Counted from the first letter of the stretch, positions 21,875 to 32,611 are shown. The stretch: 64,000 nucleotides of DNA from Candidatus Kaiserbacteria bacterium (GCA_016699245.1 CP064968.1:640317-704316), one strand, 5' to 3'. Notes: generated by a model from the letters alone, not told the origin. A program made the numbers and translations.

Positions 21875-22189
21875 ATGTGTACAGATATTATTCGCATAAG
21901 AAATATTTTTATGTTTAACACACAGAACACTCAAATGACCGCTGGTACAAAAATGGTACTTGGCATGGGACTCGCGCTTCTCAGCATCATCGCGGTAAGC
22001 CTTCCACTCTTTGCAAATGCTGCTTCATACGCATATGTAGATGCACAGGGAGAAGTTCGCTCAATTACCGCACCGGACTGGAGAACTGCAATCAACACTG
22101 CTCCAAACATTCACATGCATAGTGGAGTACTTCTCCTCAGTACCGCAGCAGACTTCACCATTGTTGGTGACGATGTTAAAGCATTCTAA
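21875..22189 (+). CDS. Small secreted protein (signal peptide); possible sigma-factor partner
   Basis: The true start is probably at the internal MTAGTKMVLGMGLALLSIIAV. No recognisable domain. Confidence 0.3.
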   Translation: MCTDIIRIRNIFMFNTQNTQMTAGTKMVLGMGLALLSIIAVSLPLFANAASYAYVDAQGEVRSITAPDWRTAINTAPNIHMHSGVLLLSTAADFTIVGDDVKAF

Positions 22190-22313
22190 TACCACTCCAT
22201 ACATTTAAGAAAGGGGATACCGCCACGGTCTCCTCTTTTTTAGACACATCGTAGGACAATACGCATATTGCGCGTATGATGGATACAGACACTACTCGAT
22301 AATCCCCTATTTT

Positions 22314-23270
22314 ATGACCTCATATACTTCGACGCGAACAATCCTCAGCGCCGGTCTCATGATTGGTCTCTTCTGCGTACTCAGTATTCCCGTGAATGCA
22401 CGAGCGGCAAGCACAAAACCTTCTTGTGTACTGACGGCAAGTACGTCGGCAGGAGTACTGACCACTAAAACCAAAGATTCTATCTTGCTTCCCGCAGGTG
22501 AGACGGTAGAAATTGCTTGGAAAAGCAAACATGCAAAATCTGCCACCGTAAACCCAGGAGGAAAAATTGCGAGCTCGGGTGTTGCCACGCAGACACCAAG
22601 CACAACCACCACGTACTCCTATCGCTTTGTCTCAGGCAGCAAATCTGCTACCTGTGCCCTTACCGTACATGTCGTGAGCGGTACCATCACACAATCGACA
22701 GCGCAGAAAAATTCGAAAGCAGTACTTTCAGGAACTGCTTCTGGTACAAAAAGTGTGCAGGTACGTATCTACAAAGAAGGTGCAGAAAAAGCACTCTATA
22801 CGAGCAAAGTGATTACGGTAAAGAAAAATGTATGGAAGACTACCGTCACGAAAAAACTTCCCGAAGGTACCTATACGGTAGTACTTTCAGGCGAAAAAAA
22901 GTTTGAACTCAATACTATTACAGAAAAAACTCTCACTGTTGGGAACCAGGTGGTGAAAGACAGCCCTTCAGTAGACACCACACTTGTGGTAGCGGCGGTA
23001 CCGCTCCTCATCGGAGGGACCGCGCGAGGAGGATCAGCAGTGAGCGTCTCCTATCTCCAAGTGATTAACGTGGGAAATGCACCCGCTCTGATACAGGGCT
23101 TTACGGTGAAGCAAAATGGCTCTGCATCAACAGATGCAATCATTGGACTTACCATTTCCGATGACGCGGGAGTGATACAGGGGACTCTTGGGGAACAGTT
23201 GGTGCAAAACCTTTTAAAGATACGGTTGCAACAATCCCCACACAAGTACTCCTTCCTCCCGGAGACATGA
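22314..23270 (+). CDS. Secreted Ser/Thr-rich protein; the reading frame probably continues (frameshift) to about 23418
   Basis: Signal peptide present. The +1 frame is open from about 23163 to 23418 and encodes a coherent C-terminal tail. Confidence 0.45.
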   Translation: MTSYTSTRTILSAGLMIGLFCVLSIPVNARAASTKPSCVLTASTSAGVLTTKTKDSILLPAGETVEIAWKSKHAKSATVNPGGKIASSGVATQTPSTTTTYSYRFVSGSKSATCALTVHVVSGTITQSTAQKNSKAVLSGTASGTKSVQVRIYKEGAEKALYTSKVITVKKNVWKTTVTKKLPEGTYTVVLSGEKKFELNTITEKTLTVGNQVVKDSPSVDTTLVVAAVPLLIGGTARGGSAVSVSYLQVINVGNAPALIQGFTVKQNGSASTDAIIGLTISDDAGVIQGTLGEQLVQNLLKIRLQQSPHKYSFLPET

Positions 23271-23432
23271 AACTGTTCACCATCAAAGCACTCCTTGCCT
23301 CGAATGTCTCACCCTACCTCGGTACACAATTAAAACTCTCCGCGACCGATGTAAAAAATAATGCAAAGACAAAAAGCACCTTCCCTATCGCAGGGACGAC
23401 GTGGACTATTGGGCTGTAGGTACGATGCACCA

Positions 23433-23478
23433 AAATACCGCGCGCCAAAGGCGTGCGGTATTTTCTATTTTCTTATTT
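23433..23478 (+). terminator. Rho-independent terminator (ataccgcgcgcc-aaa-ggcgtgcggtat + T-rich tail)
   Basis: Hairpin plus T-tract following the secreted-protein gene. Confidence 0.5.
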
Positions 23479-23519
23479 ATGTTCTACTTTTTTTATTTAC
23501 TTATTTATTTTTTATTTAT

Positions 23520-24677
23520 TTAACGTATAACACTCGCCACCGCCTTCACGAGACCAGGAGTCGTCACCTTTGGCACAATCTCCCCCGCTGTTGGCTTCTT
23601 TACCAATCCCGCTATTTTTTTTGCAGCAGCAATTTTCATCTCGTCGGTTATTTTTGTAACATTTCTATCAAGTGCCCCACGGAAGATGCCGGGAAATACG
23701 AGTGAATTGTTGACCTGATTTGCATAATCTGAGCGACCCGTCGCCACCACACGCGCACCTGCAGTGAGCGCGTCCTCGGGCTTTATCTCGGGAAGCGGAT
23801 TGGCGAGCGCAAAGACGATAGCGTCTTTTGCCATACTCTCAATATGTGCGCGTGTAATGGTGCCTGGGCCTGAGACACCGATGATGGCGTCTGCGCCCGC
23901 AATTGCATCAGCAAGGAGTCCCTGTACGTTCTCGGGGTTCGTCATGCGCGCAAGGTCGTTTTTGTATTGTGGCATACCCTTGCGGCCTCGATAGATGACG
24001 CCCGTGCTATCGGTGACTGTGATATGAATAATTCCCGCTTTGATAAGAAGGAGTGTAATAGCCCGCCCCGCAGCGCCGGCACCCGTCACCACCACCTTGA
24101 GATCCACAAATTTCTTCTTTACAACCTTTGCAGCATTCATAAGTCCCGCAAGCACCACAATCGCCGTACCGTGCTGATCATCGTGCATGAGTGGAATAGT
24201 AAGTTTCTCCTTGAGACGTTCTTCTATTTCAAAACACCGTGGTGCGCTGATGTCTTCAAGATTTATTGCGCCAAAGGTTGGAGCAATATTGAGTATAGTC
24301 TTGATGATTTCTTCGGTGTCCTGTGTATCGAGCACGATTGGAAAACCGTCTATGTTTGCCATTTCTTTTAAAATAGCACACTTCCCCTCCATCACCGGAA
24401 GTGCGGCGATAGGCCCCAGATTTCCGAGCCCAAGTACCGCAGAACCATCAGAAATAACGGCGACGGTATTGCGCTTTATCGTATACATGCGTGCCTCCTC
24501 CGGATGCTGAGCAAGGTGGCTCGATACCGCACCCACTCCTGGTGAATACATCGTGCTCCAATCGTCACGTGTTACCAGTTTTCCTTTCGAGACCACCGAG
24601 AGTTTCCCCTGCATCTTCTTATGGAGCGCAAGTGCCATCTTTGCGTAGTCCTTTTTTACTACTTTTTTTGCTTTCAT
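23520..24677 (-). CDS. NAD(P)-dependent malic enzyme
   Basis: 385 aa. Malic-enzyme N-terminal domain and Rossmann motif VVTGAGAAGRAI. Confidence 0.85.
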   Translation of the reverse strand: MKAKKVVKKDYAKMALALHKKMQGKLSVVSKGKLVTRDDWSTMYSPGVGAVSSHLAQHPEEARMYTIKRNTVAVISDGSAVLGLGNLGPIAALPVMEGKCAILKEMANIDGFPIVLDTQDTEEIIKTILNIAPTFGAINLEDISAPRCFEIEERLKEKLTIPLMHDDQHGTAIVVLAGLMNAAKVVKKKFVDLKVVVTGAGAAGRAITLLLIKAGIIHITVTDSTGVIYRGRKGMPQYKNDLARMTNPENVQGLLADAIAGADAIIGVSGPGTITRAHIESMAKDAIVFALANPLPEIKPEDALTAGARVVATGRSDYANQVNNSLVFPGIFRGALDRNVTKITDEMKIAAAKKIAGLVKKPTAGEIVPKVTTPGLVKAVASVIR

Positions 24678-24797
24678 AGTTTCAAATTATGTGAAGGCTA
24701 AGTATACGATATTTTGACCAATTTTAAAAAAGAAAATGACCGGCACGTGAGACTAAGTCTCTGTGTCGGTCATTTGAATCGCCGCTGCGCTACAGCC

Positions 24798-25517
24798 CTA
24801 CGTCACTGCAAAAACGTACGTAAGGAACCCTAACATCCCGAGGATACACATACAGAGAATACCTCTACTTTCCAAAAGAATTCCCATGAGAAATAAAACC
24901 AACGGTATGAAGGGGAATAATACCAAAAAGTCTATCTCAGGGATTCCCCTAAGGCCGGAAATTATTCCAACACACGTTAGGAAAACAAGTAGAAAAAGTG
25001 CAAAACTTATATCCATTTCTATCCCCACACGCGAATGTGTCGTACCGAGGATGAGATACGCAAAAAACACCGCGATGATGAATAGCGACCCACAAAAGAA
25101 TGTTGGATTAAATTCTTCTCGGGTCACACTTCCTACCTTTGCTACTTTTATGACCTCCTTCTCCTGAAGCATAGCTGCGTCGGAATACCTTTCTTCTACA
25201 GTCAGATGCGTGAGATACCTATTCCATCCCACGCTTTGTTTTTTGCTATCGAGTGGAATTTCGAGTACAGGAGAGAGGAGTGACGTCAGGTCATTAAATT
25301 GCTCAACGGTAAGTTTCCCTTTGAGTGCGGGATCAATCCGTACGCCAGCATTTTTGGATAATGAGTTCACAACCTCACTGTCTTTTCTATTCTGTGCTAC
25401 ACCACATTCTTCAACAAATACGTAACCTGCGCACAGTCCAAGAAATAATACAAAAAATATGATCTTCATGGTGCCCTCCTCGGAGCGTTGGTTGAGTTGA
25501 TGTAAAAGGTCAAACAA
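24798..25517 (-). CDS. Hypothetical membrane protein (signal peptide plus C-terminal TM cluster)
   Basis: 239 aa. Hydropathy only. Confidence 0.35.
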   Translation of the reverse strand: MFDLLHQLNQRSEEGTMKIIFFVLFLGLCAGYVFVEECGVAQNRKDSEVVNSLSKNAGVRIDPALKGKLTVEQFNDLTSLLSPVLEIPLDSKKQSVGWNRYLTHLTVEERYSDAAMLQEKEVIKVAKVGSVTREEFNPTFFCGSLFIIAVFFAYLILGTTHSRVGIEMDISFALFLLVFLTCVGIISGLRGIPEIDFLVLFPFIPLVLFLMGILLESRGILCMCILGMLGFLTYVFAVT

Positions 25518-25611
25518 ACTTTATCGGCCAACACTATACAACATAAATTCACTCATTACAATACCTCAAAAATACTTGTTCTCGTATCCTCTTTGATACT
25601 ATATACATATC

Positions 25612-27786
25612 ATGCGCGCCACCGACACTCTCAAAACACATTTTCGGATTGATGTTGAACATCACAAAGCGCTTACGAAACTGGGTATCGTAACTGTCGA
25701 AAATCTTCTCTATCACCTTCCCCAACGCTATGAGGACATCAGCACTATTCAGTCCGTGGGTGGACTCGAGAAGGGGCAAGATGCTGTGGTGTACGGCAAG
25801 GTAGGAGGACTCAAGACGCGCAAAGCATGGAAGAGTCGTGTCCCTATTGCGGAAGGCTGGATAGAAGACGGCTCTGCGCGTATCAAGGTGATGTGGTTTA
25901 ATCAGCCATACATTGCAAAGATGCTTGTGGATGGGATGTATGTAAAAATGGCGGGCAAAGTGACAGGGAGCGAGGGAAAACTCTACCTCGCCAATCCTGA
26001 AATAGAAAAACTAGAATCCCTCCCCATTGACCGACATGACTCTATTTTCAACAACACCGAAAATCTCGATGAAACTATTTATCCTGTCTATCGCGAGACG
26101 AAGGGCGTGACCTCCAAGTGGTTTTATCACACGGTACTCAAATGCTTTGAGCAAGGAATTCTTGATACCCTAGAAGACCCTATCCCCGAAGCGATACTCG
26201 GTAAATACAACCTTCCCTCACTCCGCACCGCCCTCCAGTGGATGCATACACCCAAAAAAGCCGAGCACGCACAGAGTGCGCGAAAACGCTTTGCCTTTGA
26301 AGAGGTCTTTTACATCCAAACCGCAAAAGCACTTTCCCGTATGGAGATTCGTCATGCCGAGGGCTATGCATTCAAGACCGATGCAACGCATATCAAAGCG
26401 TTCACCGAGCGATTCCCTTTTGCACTCACGCCCGCGCAAAAAAAGGCCATCACCGATATTTTCAAAGATTGCACGGGCGAGTACCCTATGTCGCGACTGC
26501 TTGAGGGTGATGTAGGTAGTGGCAAGACGGCAGTGGCTGCGACTGTGGCATACGCTACCGCAACGTCTCGCCCAAAAGATGCAAACGGCAATGCCCAAGA
26601 CTTTGGCAATTTGCAGACAGCATATATGGCCCCAACCGAAATTCTCGCAAAGCAACACTTCGAGTCCTTTATCGAATATTTTCACCACCTCCCTATTCAA
26701 ATCGGTCTTATCACCGGAAGTGGCTGCATGAAGTTCCCCTCAAAGACAGACCCAAAAAAGCCAACGAGTATCTCAAAGGCACAGTTGCTGAAGTGGGTTA
26801 AAAACGGCGAAATTCCAATTCTTATCGGTACCCATGCACTCATGTATAAATCAGTGGAGTTTAAACATCTTGCACTTGTCGTCATTGACGAACAGCATCG
26901 CTTTGGCACCTCGCAACGCAAAGCACTTGCGAAAAAAGATGTACGTATGCCACACCTCCTCTCTATGACTGCCACCCCCATCCCCCGCACGCTCGCACTC
27001 ACCATCTATGGCGACCTCGACATCACGCTCCTCGACCAAATGCCGAGTGGGCGGAAAGCCGTCATCACGAAGATGATTACTAAAGACAAATCAAAATCCA
27101 TGTATGAGCACGTGGCTGCCGAACTCGCCACAGGAAGGCAGGCATACGTCATTTGCCCCCGCATCGACGAACCTGATCCTGACAAAGAAACCGCAATCAA
27201 TGCAAAGTCAGTTACCGAGGAAGCGAAGCGACTGAAAAAAGATGTCTTTCCCACATATCGTATTGCTGTCCTCCACAGCAAGATGAAACCCGCAGAGAAA
27301 GAAAAAATTATGAAGGAATTTTCGGAACACAAAACCGATATCCTCGTGGCAACATCCGTGGTGGAAGTGGGTGTCAATGTCCCAAATGCAACCAACATCA
27401 TTATCGAGGGCGCCGAGCGCTTTGGCCTTGCCCAACTGCACCAACTTCGAGGGCGCGTCATTCGTGGTACCTACCAGCCGTACTGTTTTCTCGTGAGCGA
27501 AAGCAAGAGCGACAAAACCCGTGAGCGCCTCACGGCGCTCACGACCGCCAAAAATGGTTTCGACCTTGCTGAGTACGACCTTGCTTTCCGCGGAAGCGGG
27601 CAACTCTATGGCGCAAAGCAGTCGGGCCTCACCGACCTCGGTATGGAAGCAATTAAAAATATCAAGATGGTCGAGGCCGCGCGCACCGAAGCACAAAACC
27701 TTGTTGCAAAAGACCCCACACTTGATTCAGTCCCCCTCATTCGCACGCGTGTAGCACACATCAAAGAGACACTTCACATGGAATAA
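25612..27786 (+). CDS. recG: ATP-dependent DNA helicase RecG
   Basis: 724 aa. Wedge/OB N-domain, Walker A DVGSGKT and DEQH box. Confidence 0.9.
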   Translation: MRATDTLKTHFRIDVEHHKALTKLGIVTVENLLYHLPQRYEDISTIQSVGGLEKGQDAVVYGKVGGLKTRKAWKSRVPIAEGWIEDGSARIKVMWFNQPYIAKMLVDGMYVKMAGKVTGSEGKLYLANPEIEKLESLPIDRHDSIFNNTENLDETIYPVYRETKGVTSKWFYHTVLKCFEQGILDTLEDPIPEAILGKYNLPSLRTALQWMHTPKKAEHAQSARKRFAFEEVFYIQTAKALSRMEIRHAEGYAFKTDATHIKAFTERFPFALTPAQKKAITDIFKDCTGEYPMSRLLEGDVGSGKTAVAATVAYATATSRPKDANGNAQDFGNLQTAYMAPTEILAKQHFESFIEYFHHLPIQIGLITGSGCMKFPSKTDPKKPTSISKAQLLKWVKNGEIPILIGTHALMYKSVEFKHLALVVIDEQHRFGTSQRKALAKKDVRMPHLLSMTATPIPRTLALTIYGDLDITLLDQMPSGRKAVITKMITKDKSKSMYEHVAAELATGRQAYVICPRIDEPDPDKETAINAKSVTEEAKRLKKDVFPTYRIAVLHSKMKPAEKEKIMKEFSEHKTDILVATSVVEVGVNVPNATNIIIEGAERFGLAQLHQLRGRVIRGTYQPYCFLVSESKSDKTRERLTALTTAKNGFDLAEYDLAFRGSGQLYGAKQSGLTDLGMEAIKNIKMVEAARTEAQNLVAKDPTLDSVPLIRTRVAHIKETLHME

Positions 27787-27862
27787 CTGTTCTCGAAGCA
27801 TTTTTCACTATGAAGTGAGACTTATTTCGAAAACAAGGACACAATCTGTGCAGGAGTATCTA

Positions 27863-28486
27863 TTACTCGACACATACGGGCACGCGATTCAGAATACGCT
27901 CAACAAGAAAGTGACGTACTTTACTCTGTTCTTCTGCATTATTCAGAATAGTCATATCGAGCACATAGCCGAGTGCAGGAGCGTTCTCCACTGAGGGATA
28001 TGATTTCTCACCACCAATTTGGACTGCGCCAAGCATTTCATAAAACTTTCGATGTTTCGGATTTACCGTAAAAGTAAGATGTGTGTAATCTTTACTCCGT
28101 GCATGAGCCACAACAAGCGAGAGAAGGCTGGTACTCACATCGAGTTGCGTACCCATCTTTTCTTCCTTAAGAAGTTCAGTATCAATCGCAAATTGACAAA
28201 CCTCAGCAAGGCGAGTCTTTGTGTTACGGAGTAATGTGAGTTCCTCTCTATAGATGAGGTCCATGGGAAGATATCTTTCACTATCACCGACGAGCGAGAT
28301 GGTGCCCACGGGTGTCTCCCCTACACACGCGAGAAAGGTTACCGACGTGGAACTTCTGAGATACGCACTCACACCACTCTCTCCTTCTTCACTTTTAACA
28401 TATCCCTCACGAGCGTACACTCGTGAAATGAGCGCGACTGCGCTCTCAATTTCAAAATCACTTTTAGCGAGATGATACGTGACCAT
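27863..28486 (-). CDS. Acyl-ACP-dependent N-acyltransferase, LuxI/FeeM/OlsB-like (GNAT-related fold)
   Basis: 207 aa. EVCQFAID matches the LuxI/FeeM E-x-SRFAVD active-site segment. Immediately adjacent to the ACP and PPTase genes. Confidence 0.5.
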   Translation of the reverse strand: MVTYHLAKSDFEIESAVALISRVYAREGYVKSEEGESGVSAYLRSSTSVTFLACVGETPVGTISLVGDSERYLPMDLIYREELTLLRNTKTRLAEVCQFAIDTELLKEEKMGTQLDVSTSLLSLVVAHARSKDYTHLTFTVNPKHRKFYEMLGAVQIGGEKSYPSVENAPALGYVLDMTILNNAEEQSKVRHFLVERILNRVPVCVE

Positions 28487-28489
28487 GCG

Positions 28490-28738
28490 TTACAGTGCGT
28501 ACTTTGCACGCCCCACATACTGCGCGATATCACCCACAGTATTGAGTGTGAGCACATCTTCGTATGATGTCTGCACGGCATACTTTCGTTCAAATGCGAG
28601 AAGAAGTTCAAAGAGTTGAATAGAATCCTCTGACAATTCAGCTATTAAATGTGTCTCATCTATAGTATCAACATGGCATTCAAGTGTCTCTGAAATAAGA
28701 AACTTCACTTCCAGAATAATATCAGAATACGGTTTCAT
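28490..28738 (-). CDS. Acyl carrier protein (dedicated)
   Basis: 82 aa. Phosphopantetheine attachment motif LSEDSIQLFELL, acidic four-helix pattern. Confidence 0.75.
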   Translation of the reverse strand: MKPYSDIILEVKFLISETLECHVDTIDETHLIAELSEDSIQLFELLLAFERKYAVQTSYEDVLTLNTVGDIAQYVGRAKYAL

Positions 28739-29505
28739 AAAATGATAGTAGTAATGATATAACCTCCTTCTTTTTGTGTCCAGGCTATTTGTGCAGGTAT
28801 AATTCTGTCATGTATTATAAGGGTTATATTGTGTTCGTCCGATGGGTCAATATGTACCTCGATGTCCCGTGGATGCATCTGGAGTCCAATGCCAATTGCT
28901 TTCAAATATGCTTCTTTAAGGCACCAATAGAGTGTCGCGTAGAAAGAAAAGCTCTCCTTATTTTCTGAGCATCGCGCATACTCTTGATCAACGAGGAACC
29001 CTCGGACGGTCTCTTCCTTCCATAATCGCACAGGTTCCATATCGACACCGACACCACGCGCCTTTTCTGCATGGACAGCCAGTGCAATAGCACAACCATT
29101 ACTATGTGCTATAGAGAGGTGCGGTGGAATAACGTTCTGTGCATTTCTACCTAGCGTACATACGGGTTGTCTCCCGTCACTCCTAATATCGATATCTGCA
29201 AGATTGAGTGTTACATCAAATGTTTCTTTAACGCATCGAGCAACAGCAAACTTTGCTACAACACGTCCTATGAGGGAGTCACGATATTTCTCCACATTCT
29301 TACGTGAGAGATACGTGCACTCATTTTCAGTAAGAAACTTCTGGTATGCCTCATGGTCTCGTACGTCATACATTGCGAAACTAGCACTATGCAATGGAAG
29401 TACCGGCAAAGTCTCTACTAATGTATACATACCATATGTATACCATATTCTAAATGTATAGAAATGCTTGGTATTTTTTGCTATCATGAGACTATATGCG
29501 TTCAC
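28735..29505 (-). CDS. 4'-phosphopantetheinyl transferase (Sfp/EntD type)
   Basis: Motifs GVGVDME and WCLKEAYLKAIG. The start is probably internal (MYTLVETLP or later). Confidence 0.75.
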   Translation of the reverse strand: MNAYSLMIAKNTKHFYTFRIWYTYGMYTLVETLPVLPLHSASFAMYDVRDHEAYQKFLTENECTYLSRKNVEKYRDSLIGRVVAKFAVARCVKETFDVTLNLADIDIRSDGRQPVCTLGRNAQNVIPPHLSIAHSNGCAIALAVHAEKARGVGVDMEPVRLWKEETVRGFLVDQEYARCSENKESFSFYATLYWCLKEAYLKAIGIGLQMHPRDIEVHIDPSDEHNITLIIHDRIIPAQIAWTQKEGGYIITTIIL

Positions 29506-30170
29506 CTTTCAAGGACTTACAAGAATATTTTCTCAAAAAGTGGTTTTTTTTCATTCAAATTCTTACAATTCCTGCAAATATTATTTTTTCATGTCTACTT
29601 CAACTCGTCGTCGAGCGTCCACCTGCTTTTAAGACAACGCATGGTATGCTCATTATCGCAAACCATCAAAGTAAAATTGATCCTTTTCTCATTTCGTATC
29701 ACATTGGCATAAGAAACATACTTACTACCATTCCTATACGTTATCCCGTTGACCACAAATACATATCAAAACCGTTTATTGGGTTTTGTATACGTCTCCT
29801 CGGTGGATACGATATCGGGGGAAATCACATGGAGCGTCTCAAGAAACTTGTATTTACACGCAATCTCTTCCATCGTGGATATACTGTTGTTCTCTTCCCC
29901 GAAGGGAAAATTACTCGTGACAGTGATATGGTTGATGAATTCAAACGTGGTGCATCAGCACTCTTCAATGAGAACTACCCTGTAGTTTTTGTGAGACTCA
30001 CCGGCCTCAATACGAAGCATCGATTCCACTTTTGGAAAAAATCTTGTACCAAACTTTCATACAGCGTACCGCTCGGAAGTGATGTTTCTCGAGAGAAAAA
30101 AATTGAAACAATGATAGAATTTTTTTATATTACGGAAAATAACCATAAAGAAAATATATGTCTTCAGTAA
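29496..30170 (+). CDS. PlsC/OlsA-like lysolipid O-acyltransferase
   Basis: 224 aa. HX4D motif NHQSKID and the FPEG motif. Confidence 0.75.
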   Translation: MRSPFKDLQEYFLKKWFFFIQILTIPANIIFSCLLQLVVERPPAFKTTHGMLIIANHQSKIDPFLISYHIGIRNILTTIPIRYPVDHKYISKPFIGFCIRLLGGYDIGGNHMERLKKLVFTRNLFHRGYTVVLFPEGKITRDSDMVDEFKRGASALFNENYPVVFVRLTGLNTKHRFHFWKKSCTKLSYSVPLGSDVSREKKIETMIEFFYITENNHKENICLQ

Positions 30171-30889
30171 TAATGAGTATCACGGGTACTATATTCATTG
30201 GTCTTATACTCGCCATAAGTATCCGAGCACTGTTTTATGGTTTTCGTGCTGTAGCACTTGGAAAGCGTGCAGTGCCATCATCGCAATCACCAGTGACGCC
30301 CCATAAGCGCGTACTTATTCTCGGAGACAGTATTGCAGTCGGTGTGGGTGCGAGTGCGCCAGAAACGTCTCTCGTAGGACGACTCATTCAATCATACCCA
30401 CACCTTCACATAGACAACCGCGCAAAAAATGCCCTTGGGTTTAATGAGGTCGAACAAGTACTTGCAAACATAACGGATGAGACCTACGACATAGTCATTC
30501 TATCGGTTGGTGGTATGGATGTGCTCCGATGTACTCCATTCTCGTCAATAGCAAAACATGTCGCCCGTATACAAGAACATCTACACCGTTTGGGTGTACA
30601 CCAGACTATTCTCGTTTCAGTCAATAACGTTGGAAATGCTCCCATGTGGGGGTTTCCTCTTAATAGATTTTTTGATAGACGCAGTCGTAACCTTACCGAA
30701 CATCTTGCGACACTCTCAGTGAAGTACAATATTCTTCATGTACCCCTGTATCGAGAGAAATATACAGATCCTCTCATACAACAACCTAATCTTTTTGCAG
30801 AAGACGGCACTCATCCGAATGATCAGGGATATGCTATCTGGTATAATCACATTCAATCCATAATTCACCCGCACATGCACCATGATTGA
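30158..30889 (+). CDS. SGNH/GDSL hydrolase (lipase/esterase) paralog 1
   Basis: 243 aa. GDS block ILGDSIAVG and DxxH block DGTHPN, with an N-terminal TM. Confidence 0.8.
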   Translation: MSSVIMSITGTIFIGLILAISIRALFYGFRAVALGKRAVPSSQSPVTPHKRVLILGDSIAVGVGASAPETSLVGRLIQSYPHLHIDNRAKNALGFNEVEQVLANITDETYDIVILSVGGMDVLRCTPFSSIAKHVARIQEHLHRLGVHQTILVSVNNVGNAPMWGFPLNRFFDRRSRNLTEHLATLSVKYNILHVPLYREKYTDPLIQQPNLFAEDGTHPNDQGYAIWYNHIQSIIHPHMHHD

Positions 30890-31658
30890 ATCTTTCACAC
30901 ATACACTCACGTATCTTCCCGCAATAACACAAGAAAATTATTTTTTATACGTGATGAATATATTCATCATCCTTTCGGTCCTCCGGGTCCTTATCATGAT
31001 AGGAAGGCTCATTCTCAATAAACAACTTGGCTTTTCGAGTAAGCCATACAATTCAACCACTCCTCAAGAAAAAAAGATACTCATCCTGGGCGACAGTACC
31101 GCTGTCGGCACTGGAGCGAGCGCACCTGAAGACACCATCGCGGGTAGACTCGCTCATGACTTCCCTCATTCGCAGATTGTGAACCTCGCAGAAAATGGCG
31201 GGCTCATTTCCGACCTCACCCACCAAATTGCAAAAGTAAAAAATGAGCATTTCGATATGATCATCATCAGTGCTGGTGGAAATGATGTCTGGCATGGCAC
31301 GTGGACACGCACGGTTGAACGTCACCTCGAGAACGTACTCCTAGAAGCAACTCGTATAAGTGACCACAAAGTTATCTTTCTTGTATACAACACCATCGCC
31401 TTAGCTCCTATCTGGCCTTTACTCATTCAATTATTTTTACGTTGGAGAAGCAAAAAGGTATACGGTACAATTTATCAAACCACACATAAGGCTAAAGTGC
31501 CCACCATTGACCTCTTCACTACGACAACTGACAACCCGTTTCTAAAGAATTCTCGCGGGCTTTTCGCTCGAGATGGAATTCATCCAAACTCACGCGGATA
31601 TGCACTCTGGTACCTTCGCATGTGGAACGAAATGGTTAAAAACGGATTCCGTTACTAG
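30882..31658 (+). CDS. SGNH/GDSL hydrolase paralog 2
   Basis: 258 aa. ILGDSTAVG and DGIHPN, with an N-terminal TM. Confidence 0.8.
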   Translation: MIESFTHTLTYLPAITQENYFLYVMNIFIILSVLRVLIMIGRLILNKQLGFSSKPYNSTTPQEKKILILGDSTAVGTGASAPEDTIAGRLAHDFPHSQIVNLAENGGLISDLTHQIAKVKNEHFDMIIISAGGNDVWHGTWTRTVERHLENVLLEATRISDHKVIFLVYNTIALAPIWPLLIQLFLRWRSKKVYGTIYQTTHKAKVPTIDLFTTTTDNPFLKNSRGLFARDGIHPNSRGYALWYLRMWNEMVKNGFRY

Positions 31659-31660
31659 CG

Positions 31661-32611
31661 TTATCGTTGTTTTTTTTCAAGAAGAGGGAACAAAAGTATT
31701 TTGAGCCTTTGAATCGGACCTCGATTACCAAATCGAAGTTTGCCTCGTACGTATCTGTCGTGCATAAGATCAAATTGATGGTAGTAGGGGACCGCATGAA
31801 CCGTTCCCTTATTGAGCAGTATTTTAACAGCATTCACGGTCACTACCCCCGCACATAGATTAACAGCCCCAATAGATGATGGCCCTCGTTTCTCATCGAG
31901 ATTTGTATTTTTCATGTAGCTCCGCTGAAGCAACTTGGGTATAAGTCCAATGAAAAAACGCACCGTCATATCTTTTTCTGTCATGCCGTCATGTATTGCA
32001 AAATACTCGTCAAATGAAGGACTGTTTGGCATGAAAATAAAAAATGCAGTACCAAAACCAATAGGACCTGCTGATATAACAGGAATATTTAATGTATGTG
32101 CTTTCATAATACTCATTCTACGCGCATCGATAGCAAAGGCATCGAGTGAGTCAACGAGAAGGTCTGCTTGTGCAAGAAATGTGTCAATATTGTCTACTGT
32201 CACTCCCTCTTCAAAAACTTCAATGGTACACTCAGGGTTTATTTTATGTGCTTCTTCTCTCATAACTTCCACTTTGCTTTGTCCGAGGGTATCCATGCGC
32301 GCACCGTACTGGCGATTCATATTTTTCTCTTCAAAAATATCAAGGTCTGCAATTTTGAAATGCTCAAATCCTTGACGAACGAGTGATATAAGGTGCACTC
32401 CCCCAACACCACCCATTCCGGCGATTGCGATAGTTTTTTTGCGAAGTACTTCTTGCTCTTTTTGGGTCAATAGACCGATGTTACGGGAAAATGCTTCATA
32501 ATAATTAAATGAGGTATCATGCATATCCTTATATTGTACACGGGTGTCACATCTGTGCAATTGATGTGCCGGGCTTTCTCCCACCTCACTCTGAGTGGGT
32601 CTGTCGTACAA
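31661..32611 (-). CDS. ThiF/MoeB/MccB-family E1-like adenylyltransferase
   Basis: 316 aa. Nucleotide-binding motif IAGMGGVGG and the ThiF core. Confidence 0.75.
   Translation of the reverse strand: MYDRPTQSEVGESPAHQLHRCDTRVQYKDMHDTSFNYYEAFSRNIGLLTQKEQEVLRKKTIAIAGMGGVGGVHLISLVRQGFEHFKIADLDIFEEKNMNRQYGARMDTLGQSKVEVMREEAHKINPECTIEVFEEGVTVDNIDTFLAQADLLVDSLDAFAIDARRMSIMKAHTLNIPVISAGPIGFGTAFFIFMPNSPSFDEYFAIHDGMTEKDMTVRFFIGLIPKLLQRSYMKNTNLDEKRGPSSIGAVNLCAGVVTVNAVKILLNKGTVHAVPYYHQFDLMHDRYVRGKLRFGNRGPIQRLKILLFPLLEKKQR

Noticed and set aside
23440-23520. AT-rich low-complexity stretch (ttatttatttttt repeats)
   Set aside because: Simple T/A-rich terminator-proximal sequence between convergent genes, not a structured repeat element.
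26180-27696. Multiple minus-strand ORFs inside recG
   Set aside because: Antisense shadow ORFs. recG is unambiguous on the plus strand.
31661-32611. ThiF-family gene considered as thiamine/molybdopterin housekeeping (thiF/moeB)
   Set aside because: No thiS/moaD, thiG or moaE neighbours. The context is the lipid cluster, so it is left as a generic E1-like enzyme.
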